A program made the translations under genes and the position numbers. A DNA stretch of 64,000 nt, taken from contig CAYUII010000016.1 in the NCBI GenBank assembly GCA_964444785.1, positions 16,897-80,896 of the forward strand, read 5' to 3'. Numbering within the stretch: position 1 is the first letter of the stretch; each line of letters begins with the position of its first letter. This DNA is from an uncultured Bacteroidales bacterium. Its GTDB lineage: Bacteria > Bacteroidota > Bacteroidia > Bacteroidales > TTA-H9. The notes beneath the pieces are model-generated. The model was not told the DNA's origin. It made no database searches and was given only the letters and a program-made list of their open reading frames with translations. Below, in pieces: positions 1 through 8,669 of the stretch.

Positions 1-14
1 ACAGGAAACTCGAT

Positions 15-205
15 AAAAAAACCGCACCAGACCTTTGGGAGTGAAGCAAAACCCAATTTAGCATTCTTAGAGACTCCAAATCCTTCGAACGTCCACCGTC
101 TCATTAAAGAGAACCATAAGGTCGAGGCCTGTCCTACAGATTATTAAGTTCATCTCTAATTTTAATAATGTTGATTTTGCGCACTGCTTGATCTGATGCG
201 GAATA
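15..205 (-). ncRNA. Candidate structured sRNA, 6S (SsrS)-like, directly downstream of zapA
   Basis: No ORF. On the minus strand CCGCATCAGATC (plus 190-201) pairs at all 12 positions (2 G-U) with GGTCTGGTGCGG (plus 22-33), followed by a T-run (plus 15-21). Nested helices GCAAAATC/GGTTTTGC, CATTATT/AAGAATG and AGAGAT/GTCTCT extend it into a long irregular rod of about 180 nt. The position after zapA mirrors the E. coli zapA-ssrS arrangement. Confidence 0.4.
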
Positions 206-242
206 CTTTCAGTGGTAAAGAACGTTTTATAACCCCAGTAGA

Positions 243-527
243 CTAAGTGTTAAAACGAATAATCTCCATTAATTGTTGAAGTTGGGCTATCGCATTATCT
301 TCTGAACGCTGCTGTTGCCCTTTGTATTGTACAAACTCAGTTGCAAACTGAAGTACCGACATTGCTAAAAGATCCTGTTTATCTTTAAAGGCGTATAATT
401 CTGCGTAGTTCTTGATCCGGTCATTTATCAATTTACATGCCTCCCTTATCTGCTCCTCTTCACTTCTCGCAATAGTTAGCCTGTAAGGTCGATCTGCTAT
501 ATTAACGGTTATAACCAGTTCATCCAT
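243..527 (-). CDS. zapA: Cell division protein ZapA
   Basis: 94 aa. The N-terminal pattern VITVNIADRPYRLTI...EEEQIREACKLINDRI and the coiled-coil tail are typical of the ZapA family. Confidence 0.8.
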   Translation of the reverse strand: MDELVITVNIADRPYRLTIARSEEEQIREACKLINDRIKNYAELYAFKDKQDLLAMSVLQFATEFVQYKGQQQRSEDNAIAQLQQLMEIIRFNT

Positions 528-557
528 TAACTTTTATCTGCTTGTACAATTAATATT

Positions 558-848
558 CTATGTTTCACTTAGCAAACTGATACATTGATCTATCTCACGC
601 ACCAGCTCGTCAATTTTTTCTTTTATCTCAGTAGTTTCCTGATCGTTGTTTATTCTTTTTGCAATAATTAGTAACTCGATTTCTTCTTCCATCTCCTTCA
701 TCTTTGAAAGGTTAAGATGATTCTGGTTCTCGAGTGCCTCTAACTTGGTTCTAAGATCCCTGTTTTCGGTTTGCAGCAACGTAATCTTAGAAAGTAACTG
801 GTTTATGCCAGCTCCAACTTCAGCTATTTTTAAACCCAATACATCCAT
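558..848 (-). CDS. Small coiled-coil protein (ZapB-like?), co-oriented with zapA
   Basis: 96 aa, heptad-rich (LLQTENRDLRTKLEALENQ...). It ends 30 nt upstream of zapA. TAaaTTTG promoter motif lies 28 nt upstream. Confidence 0.45.
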   Translation of the reverse strand: MDVLGLKIAEVGAGINQLLSKITLLQTENRDLRTKLEALENQNHLNLSKMKEMEEEIELLIIAKRINNDQETTEIKEKIDELVREIDQCISLLSET

Positions 849-876
849 TTTTATAAAATCAGAAGTGATGGTAGAG

Positions 877-884
877 CAAATTTA
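877..884 (-). promoter_or_regulatory. Bacteroidota -7 promoter motif TAaaTTTG for the coiled-coil/zapA operon
   Basis: Plus strand CAAATTTA equals minus strand TAAATTTG, 28 nt upstream of the ATG at 848. Confidence 0.45.
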
Positions 885-1110
885 CAATATTTTGAAGAAA
901 AAATAAATAGTTACTAAGAATACATTGCTCTTGAATATAACAAATGGCTTATCTTAAAGGTTATTCTACCAATTTCAAGTATCAAAATTTCTCCTTGTTA
1001 ACAGAAATCTGTGATGATCTTTTGCTTTTGAACAAGATTTTTGAGCTAAATTCTCTTTTTAAACACCATACTGCAGGTGATACTATTAACAAAGTCAATC
1101 CTAACTAACT

Positions 1111-1286
1111 CATCGCTCTACCGTTCCTCTCCCTATCTTCTCCATTCTTTTAGCGAATAACTACGCATGGAATAGAAAGTGATCCCTAACTAATTGTGTT
1201 GAGGAATCAATACAAATGAATCTAAAAGTTATAAGCTATATGCAGAACATACGGAGAGGAACCGAAGAGAACCCGAAGAGATGGAT
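1111..1286. mobile_element. MITE-like inverted pair of the purine-rich dispersed repeat
   Basis: The left arm CCGTTCCTCTCCCTATCTTCTCC (1121-1143) and the reverse complement of the right arm (CGGTTCCTCTCCGTATGTTCTGC, from 1244-1266) match at 19 of 23 positions. The arms are about 100 nt apart, in the intergenic region downstream of trmD. Confidence 0.5.
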
Positions 1287-1349
1287 GAATGATGAACCCA
1301 TAGCCATGGTTAATGCAGAGTTTCTACAATCGTAAACATCAACGTCTAT

Positions 1350-2033
1350 TTACTCCTTCTCGAGAATATCCGGACGTCTTTCAATGGTTCTTTCAACCGC
1401 TTTATCGTGTCTCCATTGAGCTATTAATCTGTCATTTCCAGAGAGAAGAATCTCAGGAACCTTTAATCCTGAAAACTCTGCCGGACGAGTGTAAACAGGG
1501 GGGGAGAGCAGTCCATTTTGGAAAGAATCAGTTAAAGCAGAAGTCTCATCGTTTAAAACACCTGGTATGAGTCTAACCACTGAATCAGTAATAACAGCTG
1601 CGGCTAGCTCACCTCCTGATAAAACATAATCGCCAATTGAAATCTCCTTTGTGATTAACGACATTCTTATTCTCTCATCTATTCCTTTGTAATGGCCACA
1701 AAGGATTATTAAATTACCTTTTAGTGATAGTTGGTTGGCAAGAGGTTGGTCTAATACCTCTCCGTCTGGAGAGGTGTAAATAATCTCATCATAGGTTCGC
1801 TCTTTTTTAAGGGATTCTATGAGTCTGAAAATGGGTTCAGCCATCATAACCATTCCAGCACCCCCTCCATAAGGATAGTCATCAACCCGTTTATGCTTAT
1901 CCAGACTATAGTCTCGAATATTGTGAAGTACTATATGAGCATGCCCTTTTTGAACCGCCCTTTTCATGATTGAGTGGGAGAAAACACCCTCAAACATTTC
2001 AGGAAAAATTGTAAGAATATCAATTCTAACCAT
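1350..2033 (-). CDS. trmD: tRNA (guanine37-N1)-methyltransferase
   Basis: 227 aa. The family-typical start is [14 protein letters not shown], with ...YGGGAGMVM... and [10 protein letters not shown] motifs. Confidence 0.95.
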   Translation of the reverse strand: MVRIDILTIFPEMFEGVFSHSIMKRAVQKGHAHIVLHNIRDYSLDKHKRVDDYPYGGGAGMVMMAEPIFRLIESLKKERTYDEIIYTSPDGEVLDQPLANQLSLKGNLIILCGHYKGIDERIRMSLITKEISIGDYVLSGGELAAAVITDSVVRLIPGVLNDETSALTDSFQNGLLSPPVYTRPAEFSGLKVPEILLSGNDRLIAQWRHDKAVERTIERRPDILEKE

Positions 2034-2051
2034 TTTAGATCTTTAAGCCTA

Positions 2052-2059
2052 CAAAAATA
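2052..2059 (-). promoter_or_regulatory. -7 promoter motif TAttTTTG upstream of trmD
   Basis: Plus strand CAAAAATA, 19 nt upstream of the trmD ATG (2033). Confidence 0.4.
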
Positions 2060-2111
2060 CAAAACCTTAATCCATTAACCTCAAGTTCTGTTGGACAATG
2101 GTCTAAGGATG

Positions 2112-2119
2112 TATCTTTG
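2112..2119 (+). promoter_or_regulatory. -7 promoter motif TAtcTTTG upstream of the REC-PAS kinase
   Basis: TATCTTTG ends 3 nt before the longest-ORF ATG (2122). This argues for the ATG at 2143 as the real start. Confidence 0.4.
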
Positions 2120-2142
2120 TAATGATAGAAAACTCAAATTTT

Positions 2143-5100
2143 ATGGCAGGTAATACGGTTACCAAACATCCGTTAAAGGTTGTTCTTGTTGAAGATGAAA
2201 AGTTTGCACGAAATGTACTTTATGCAATTTTAAATGAGATTGTTGATCAAGTTTGGTTCGCTGAAGATGGACGAAAGGGTTTAAGCTTAATAAGAACTCA
2301 TCGCCCTGATATTGTAATTACCGATATCTCTATGCCCGGACTATCAGGGCTTCAGATGCTTAGGGAAGCTAAAACGGTAATTCCTAATCTCAAAACAATT
2401 GTTACGACCTCCTATTCTGAAACGGATTATTTCCTTGAAGCGATAGAGTTATCGGTTAATCGGTTTATCCTAAAACCCTATAATAAGAATACCATCAAAG
2501 AGGTTTTTGACGAGCTTAACCAGATTATTTTTTTTGAAAGGAAATTTTTGGAACAAGAGGAGGTGAGAATCAAGGCAGAAAAGGCTTTGAAAGAGAGAGA
2601 AGTACTATTTAGATCTCTTTTTGATTATGCGCCCTTGGCAATCTTCTTACTTGATCCAACCACATTTAGAATAATCGATGCTAATAAATCTGCAACTAAA
2701 CTATTTGGTTATTCTCGTGAAGAGTTTTTAGAACTAAGTCAAACAGATCTCACCTATCCTGAAGAGGTGAACCGAATTATGCAGGCTTATGGTATTCCTT
2801 CTCTCGAATTTGAGGATGAACGGAGATTTGAGATTAAAGTAAAACATAAAAGTGGAGATTCGATATACACTGAGGCAAGAGAAAAGATAATTAAGATTGA
2901 TGGAAAGGTTCTTGTGATTAGAATGTTTTCTGATCTAACAGAAAGAAAACTATATGAAGAACAATTGTTTGACTATCAATCAAACTTAGAGAACAAAATT
3001 GAACAAAGGACCGCAGAACTATTACAAACAAATGCGCAACTAAAAAGGGAGATTGAGCGACGAAATCAAATTGAAAAAGAATTAGTTAGAAGATCTCATT
3101 ATGAAAACCTTGTTTCAAGTTTGGCTACTGATTTTATCTCTGCCTCTGCTGATTCAATCGAGTATGTCGTAAACCATGGGTTGGAACAGATGTGCCAAAT
3201 AACAGGAGCCGAAAGAGCTTTCTTTGTTAAGATAATTGATCTTACTCCTACTCCAGAATTCTTCTCTTATCCTGTTGATTTAACTGAATCCCAAGATTTC
3301 TATTTTTTTGAACAGCACATAGATTCAGATCTTTATAAATCTTTTAGAACCATTCGATTTGATGTAAATCGAGAAGATGAAATCCCTGCTTCCGTTCTAA
3401 AATGTCTTAAGAAAAGATCTATAAGGTGTGCCTCGATCGTTCCGGTTTATAACGGGGTTAAGCTAGGTGCAATTATAGGACTAGAATCGCAGAAATCCTC
3501 TTTTGTGATAGACTCAAACCTTGATTTCCTTATGAATGTTATTGGTCAGATCATACTAAACTCTCTTTTAAGAAATCAGGTTATTGGCGAATTAGCCGAA
3601 AGTGAAGAAAAAGCCCATGCATTGCTTAATGCAACAACCGACTCTATGTTATTGTTGGATAATAGTGGAAACATCCTTGAAGCCAATGAGAAAGCGGCCG
3701 ACTTTTTTGGCCTATCCGCAAACCGTTTGGTTCAAAAATCCTACTTTAATCTATTTCCTGACCAAATAGCATTCAAACGAAAAGAGGCAATAAACCAAGT
3801 ATTGGAAACAGGTAGGAGAGTGGTATTTAGAGATTCTCTTGATCATAAAACCTTTGAACACAGCGTTTATCCTCTGTCTGGAAGTCTTGACTTTCCTTCA
3901 CGCGTAGCATTCCAAACTAAAGAAATCACATCCTTCATCAATGCTCAAAATAGGTTACAAACTCAATTTAACCTCTTACAAACCCTCATAGATTCTATTC
4001 CTAATCCAATCTATTACAAAAACGAATTCGGCAGGTTTACAGGTTTCAACAAAGCTTTTCTTAGTGCCTACGGTAAAGGAAAAGAGGAGATTATGGGAAA
4101 AACTATCTTTGATATAGAGTCCCCTTCGACTGCTGCTATTTTTCATGAACAGGATGAACTACTCCTCTCTTCTCTTCAAAGTAATACTTTTGAATTAACT
4201 CTTAAACTCGCAGATAAGAAAGAACATGCCATCATTGTCTCAACAAATATCTTTTATGATTATGATGGCCATCTTGAAGGGCTAATTGGTGTATTTACAG
4301 ACGTAACAAACCTGCGTGAACTTCAATCTGAATTAAAGTCGATTAATCACAACCTTGAAAAACAGGTTGAAAACGAAGTCGCTAAATTTCAAGATCAACA
4401 AAAACTCTTGATTCAGAAGTCAAAACTAGAATCTCTTGGTCAACTATCGGCTGGAATTGCTCATGAAATTAATCAGCCTCTAGGGAGTATTAGTATGGCT
4501 CTTGAAAATGTAATGTTAAAACTGTCTAAAGAAGCCTTTTCTCGGGAATACATCGAGACAAAAATTTTACATGCCTTTGAAAATATTGAAAGAATTAAAC
4601 ATATTATTGATCATGTGAGAACTTTTTCAAGAGACCAACGTTTCGGAAATACAGAAATTATTGAGATTACAATGGTCATTCAAAGTGCTCTTGATTTGGT
4701 TGCAAGACAATATAAACATCAGAATATTGAAATTTTACTAAATAAAAAAGACGAACACCTTTTCTTTAAAGGTAACAGATATAAGTTTGAGCAAGTAATA
4801 CTTAATCTATTAGCCAATGCCAAAGATGCTATTACGGAAAAAGAGCTAAGAAACCCATCTACGCAACCTTATAAGAAAATGATCTCAATAAATTGTTACA
4901 GGTTGAAAGACTGGGTTGTGGCTACAATCAGAGATAATGGAACCGGTATGGATAATGATACGATTGATTCAGCTTTTGAACCATTTTTTACAACCAAGGA
5001 TGTTAATAAAGGCACCGGGTTAGGGCTTTCTATCGTTTATGGCATTATTAAGGAGATGTCTGGAAATATTTCAATAACAAGTGAACCAGGGATCTTTACT

Positions 5101-5145
5101 GAGGTAAAAATTGAGTTTCCTCGTGTAAATGTTAATTCTGATTAG
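2143..5145 (+). CDS. Multidomain sensor histidine kinase: N-terminal receiver, PAS, GAF-like, two further PAS, HisKA and HATPase
   Basis: REC motifs ([24 protein letters not shown]). PAS-like segments. H-box [15 protein letters not shown] boxes [24 protein letters not shown]. The ORF is open from 2122; 2143 is preferred because of the promoter motif. Confidence 0.85.
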   Translation: MAGNTVTKHPLKVVLVEDEKFARNVLYAILNEIVDQVWFAEDGRKGLSLIRTHRPDIVITDISMPGLSGLQMLREAKTVIPNLKTIVTTSYSETDYFLEAIELSVNRFILKPYNKNTIKEVFDELNQIIFFERKFLEQEEVRIKAEKALKEREVLFRSLFDYAPLAIFLLDPTTFRIIDANKSATKLFGYSREEFLELSQTDLTYPEEVNRIMQAYGIPSLEFEDERRFEIKVKHKSGDSIYTEAREKIIKIDGKVLVIRMFSDLTERKLYEEQLFDYQSNLENKIEQRTAELLQTNAQLKREIERRNQIEKELVRRSHYENLVSSLATDFISASADSIEYVVNHGLEQMCQITGAERAFFVKIIDLTPTPEFFSYPVDLTESQDFYFFEQHIDSDLYKSFRTIRFDVNREDEIPASVLKCLKKRSIRCASIVPVYNGVKLGAIIGLESQKSSFVIDSNLDFLMNVIGQIILNSLLRNQVIGELAESEEKAHALLNATTDSMLLLDNSGNILEANEKAADFFGLSANRLVQKSYFNLFPDQIAFKRKEAINQVLETGRRVVFRDSLDHKTFEHSVYPLSGSLDFPSRVAFQTKEITSFINAQNRLQTQFNLLQTLIDSIPNPIYYKNEFGRFTGFNKAFLSAYGKGKEEIMGKTIFDIESPSTAAIFHEQDELLLSSLQSNTFELTLKLADKKEHAIIVSTNIFYDYDGHLEGLIGVFTDVTNLRELQSELKSINHNLEKQVENEVAKFQDQQKLLIQKSKLESLGQLSAGIAHEINQPLGSISMALENVMLKLSKEAFSREYIETKILHAFENIERIKHIIDHVRTFSRDQRFGNTEIIEITMVIQSALDLVARQYKHQNIEILLNKKDEHLFFKGNRYKFEQVILNLLANAKDAITEKELRNPSTQPYKKMISINCYRLKDWVVATIRDNGTGMDNDTIDSAFEPFFTTKDVNKGTGLGLSIVYGIIKEMSGNISITSEPGIFTEVKIEFPRVNVNSD

Positions 5146-5184
5146 AATTATCTATATCTTATTATATAAGTCTAAGGTAATTTG

Positions 5185-5192
5185 TACATTTG
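5185..5192 (+). promoter_or_regulatory. -7 promoter motif TAcaTTTG upstream of the sigma-54 activator gene
   Basis: TACATTTG overlaps the TTG start of the longest ORF (5190), so the ATG at 5217 or 5229 is the likely start. Confidence 0.4.
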
Positions 5193-5216
5193 AAGGGTTA
5201 CAAATGCATTTACCGG

Positions 5217-6608
5217 ATGGATGAGAAAATGACAGTACTTGTTGTTGATGATGAGTTTGGTTTTCGTCATGATATACAAGAATTTCTTTCTGAGAATAAT
5301 TTTGAGGTTCTAACTGCTGAAACGCCTTCTAAAGCCTTTGAGGCATTGAATGCCAATCGTATAGATCTTGCTATTCTTGATATTAGATTGCCTGAGATGG
5401 ATGGGTTATCTGCCTTGAAAATCATTAAAGAGCAATATCCTGATACGGAGGTAATGATGATTAGTGGCCATGGCGACATGGATAGCGTTATAAAAGCTAT
5501 GAAACTTGGCGCTATTGATTTTTTCCCTAAGCCCTTTTATTTAAAAGATCTTTTAGCAGCTATTCTCAGAACGAAGAAATACATTCAGGTTACCGAGAAA
5601 CTGAAAGAGATGGAGTTTAACTATCAAAAAGTTACTCGCAAACTAAATGAAAAAACAGGCGCTGGCATCATAGGAGAAAGTAAAGCTATTAAGCATGTAC
5701 TCGATATGATTAGTAAAGTAGCTTGGGCTGATTCAACCAGTGTACTGATAACCGGCGAAAGTGGAACTGGAAAGGAGCTCGTTGCTCGTGCTATTCATCT
5801 AATGAGCCCACGAAAAGATAACTATTTTTATGCTGTAAACTCCTCCGCTATTACTGAAACTCTCTTTGAGTCTGAATTCTTTGGCCATACTAAAGGTGCC
5901 TTTACTGGTGCTAATGAAAATAAGTCGGGTTGGTTTGAAGTGGCTAATGGGGGCTCTCTTTTTCTTGATGAGATTGGAGATCTACCAATGAGTCTACAGA
6001 TCAAATTCCTTCGTGTGCTCGAAGAGCGTAAAATTAGTCGTGTGGGTGGTACAAAGGAAATTGATATTAATGTTAGAATAATCGCAGCTACAAACCAAGA
6101 CTTAGAGTCTTTAACTCAAACAAAACAGTTTAGACTCGATCTATATCATCGCCTCAATAGTTTTATCATCAACCTTCCTCCTCTCAGAGAACGTAAAGAG
6201 GATATCTCTTTGCTTATCCACCATTTCGTAATGGAGTTCTCTAAAAAGTTAAATAAACCCATAAAAAATATTGAGAAAAGTGCGATCCAACTTCTCGAAA
6301 GTTATGCCTTCCCTGGTAATATTCGGGAATTGAGAAATATGGTTGAAAGAGCTGTCATTCTTAGCGATTCTGGGATTATCAAACCTAACCATTTTCAAAT
6401 CCCTAAATCGGGTAAAGCTAATATCGATATTTTAGATCATCCTGAGGTATTTGATTTAGATACCCTTGAAAAAGAAACGATTATTAAAGCTATCTACAAA
6501 GCTAATTATAATAAATCACAAGCAGCGCGTCTACTGAATATCTCATTCCAATCTCTTGATAGGCGCATAAAAAAGTATAATCTGTCGTTTGAAAGAAAAT
6601 TGATCTAA
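5217..6608 (+). CDS. Sigma-54-dependent response regulator (NtrC family)
   Basis: REC (VLVVDDE, AILDIRLPEMDG, FFPKPF). AAA+ with Walker A GESGTGKE, GAFTGA loop (GHTKGAFTGA) and Walker B LFLDEIGD. C-terminal Fis-type HTH (KSQAARLLNISFQSLDRRIKKY). Confidence 0.9.
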   Translation: MDEKMTVLVVDDEFGFRHDIQEFLSENNFEVLTAETPSKAFEALNANRIDLAILDIRLPEMDGLSALKIIKEQYPDTEVMMISGHGDMDSVIKAMKLGAIDFFPKPFYLKDLLAAILRTKKYIQVTEKLKEMEFNYQKVTRKLNEKTGAGIIGESKAIKHVLDMISKVAWADSTSVLITGESGTGKELVARAIHLMSPRKDNYFYAVNSSAITETLFESEFFGHTKGAFTGANENKSGWFEVANGGSLFLDEIGDLPMSLQIKFLRVLEERKISRVGGTKEIDINVRIIAATNQDLESLTQTKQFRLDLYHRLNSFIINLPPLRERKEDISLLIHHFVMEFSKKLNKPIKNIEKSAIQLLESYAFPGNIRELRNMVERAVILSDSGIIKPNHFQIPKSGKANIDILDHPEVFDLDTLEKETIIKAIYKANYNKSQAARLLNISFQSLDRRIKKYNLSFERKLI

Positions 6609-6677
6609 TTCTACTCTTGGATTTCTAGCCTTCAAAAGTATGAATGGTTAAGACGCTGAGTATGGAAATGGTTTAGC

Positions 6678-7061
6678 CTATTTATCCGCGAAATAATAAC
6701 CTATGGCCTCGTAATTACAAACCTCTATACACCTTCCACATTGTGTACAGATTTCCTCTTTAACTACTATCTCTTTTTTCGAAGAATCTTCTGTTATAGC
6801 ATGAAATGGACAGATAGCCAAGCATGCTCTGCACAATACACAATCTGATTTATGAATCATTATTTGTTTGGATTGTTTGCTAACTCTTACTCTATAATCC
6901 ATAGGAGTGCTACTCCCATCCGACAAGACAAAATCGCCTCTATAGAAATAGTATCTTCGGCAACACTGTATACAGTTTAAAAGAGTTCCTTCTTGATCAG
7001 AAGATTGTAGAGTCGGTGTTTTACACTCCGGACAAAAACTCCTGTTTGCATCTTCGTTCAT
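6678..7061 (-). CDS. Zn-ribbon plus 2x[4Fe-4S] ferredoxin-domain protein
   Basis: N-terminal CPEC...CIQC pair, then CVLCRACLAICP and CTQCGRCIEVCN (CxxCxxCxxxC) cluster motifs. Confidence 0.7.
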   Translation of the reverse strand: MNEDANRSFCPECKTPTLQSSDQEGTLLNCIQCCRRYYFYRGDFVLSDGSSTPMDYRVRVSKQSKQIMIHKSDCVLCRACLAICPFHAITEDSSKKEIVVKEEICTQCGRCIEVCNYEAIGYYFADK

Positions 7062-7074
7062 AAGATTTTAGTCT

Positions 7075-7082
7075 TATTTTTG
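7075..7082 (+). promoter_or_regulatory. -7 promoter motif TAttTTTG upstream of the stand-alone receiver gene
   Basis: TATTTTTG overlaps the longest-ORF start (7080), so the ATG at 7098 is preferred. Confidence 0.4.
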
Positions 7083-7097
7083 TGTAAATTATTGTTG

Positions 7098-7508
7098 ATG
7101 AATCACAGTTTGAATAATTCTGCAGAATTGATCATTCTTGTTGCCGAGGATGATGAAATTAATAGGACAGTTGCTTCAAAGATACTGACAGCTCAAGGTC
7201 ATAAGGTAATTTGTGTGAAAAATGGATTAGAGGCGTACGAATCCTTTATAAATTCAAAAATCGACTGTATTTTGATGGACATTGAGATGCCAGTACTTGA
7301 TGGATTAAAATCGATTCAGCGAATAAGAGAGTATGAGAGGCAGAATGGTGGTCATATCCCTATAATTGCTGTCACTAATTACACTGATAAAGAGAGCAGA
7401 CACAACTACTTTAAATCAGGTATTGATGATTATCTGAGTAAACCATTTAAGCCCTTTGAGTTATCTCTTGTTTTACAAAAAGTGATTGACAACGTTAAAA
7501 ATAACTGA
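7098..7508 (+). CDS. Single-domain response regulator (receiver only)
   Basis: LVAEDDE, ILMDIEMPVLDG, AVTNY, YLSKPF. All canonical receiver positions are present and there is no output domain. Confidence 0.8.
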   Translation: MNHSLNNSAELIILVAEDDEINRTVASKILTAQGHKVICVKNGLEAYESFINSKIDCILMDIEMPVLDGLKSIQRIREYERQNGGHIPIIAVTNYTDKESRHNYFKSGIDDYLSKPFKPFELSLVLQKVIDNVKNN

Positions 7509-7589
7509 TCAACCATTTGCCTTAAAGAGGAATAGAAAAGTTTCATAGGTCCTAATTTATTCTTTGACCTAAGTTAAAAATAAACACTC

Positions 7590-8504
7590 ATGTATTGTAA
7601 TTTGTGCCCTCATGAATGTAATGTATTACGCAAATCTACATCTTTCGGTTATTGTAAATCTTTTTGGATCCCAGGTATAGCTTCCATCTGTATACATAAA
7701 GGAGAGGAGCCTGTGATTACTGGGGATAAGGGGATTGTTAATGTATTCTTTACACATTGTAATCTACAATGTTGCTACTGTCAAAACAAGCAAATATCAA
7801 ATAATAAAAGCAATGATGAGGCATATCACATCTCAATAGAAGAGGCTACCGATCGAATCGCTCAACTATTAGACGGCGGAATTCCATTGTTAGGTTTCGT
7901 TTCTCCTTCTCATCATATAGATGCTATGGAGAAGATTATTTATCTACTGAATAAAAATGGTATTCGTCCACGTATTGTTTATAATAGCAATGGATATGAT
8001 AGCATCGCGACTTTAAAAAGAATTGAAAAATTAGTTGATATCTATCTTCCAGATTACAAATATGCTAGTGACCAATTGGGGAGTGATTTATCTGGCGTTA
8101 AAGATTATTCTCAAGTGGCTTTAAAAGCAATAAAAGAGATGTATAGACAGAAAGGATCTACTATTCTAACCGATGATAATGGGTATGCCATTTCTGGTTT
8201 GATCATAAGACATCTCGTCATACCTGGATATTTGGAAAATACAAAGCAGGTGCTAGAAAACATAGCATGGGATATATCCACTGGAATACACCTTAGTTTG
8301 ATGGCTCAGTATAATCCCCATTTCTATCGAGGTTCAAATCAGAATCTCTTAAGAAAATTAACCGAAGAGGAATATATGATGGCACTGGAGATAAAAGAAA
8401 ATTTAGGAATTTATAAAGGATGGACTCAGGAGCTTACGAGTAATGATTACTATAATCCTGACTTTACTATGGAACATCCATTTGAGGAAAACATATTAAA
8501 ATGA
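7590..8504 (+). CDS. Radical SAM protein, PflX/activase-like
   Basis: 304 aa. CNLQCCYC (CxxxCxxC) cluster motif preceded by a Cys-rich N-terminus (CNLCPHEC...GYC), as in COG1313-type proteins. Confidence 0.75.
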   Translation: MYCNLCPHECNVLRKSTSFGYCKSFWIPGIASICIHKGEEPVITGDKGIVNVFFTHCNLQCCYCQNKQISNNKSNDEAYHISIEEATDRIAQLLDGGIPLLGFVSPSHHIDAMEKIIYLLNKNGIRPRIVYNSNGYDSIATLKRIEKLVDIYLPDYKYASDQLGSDLSGVKDYSQVALKAIKEMYRQKGSTILTDDNGYAISGLIIRHLVIPGYLENTKQVLENIAWDISTGIHLSLMAQYNPHFYRGSNQNLLRKLTEEEYMMALEIKENLGIYKGWTQELTSNDYYNPDFTMEHPFEENILK

Positions 8505-8536
8505 CAAAACAGAATCTCAAGAAAAGATGGATCTTT

Positions 8537-8578
8537 ATGGAGAAGGAGGGGAGAGGAAGCGAAGATGAAGCGAAGGGG
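8537..8578 (+). repeat. Solo copy of the purine-rich dispersed repeat
   Basis: ATGGAGAAGGAGGGGAGAGGAAGCGAAGATGAAGCGAAGGGG lies between convergent genes. It shares the GGAGAGGAAGCGAAGA core with the copies at 48783-48806 and 1251-1280. Confidence 0.6.
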
Positions 8579-8669
8579 TAATGCCGAAAGATTAGAATAC
8601 CCTGTTAAAGTAATAGTATAACTAAACTAAAACATTAATAATAATGCATAAACAATTAACTATCATTAC

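Noticed and set aside
1313-1570. 85-aa plus-strand ORF
   Set aside because: It lies entirely antisense within trmD, which has an unmistakable family signature. The sequence has no motifs.
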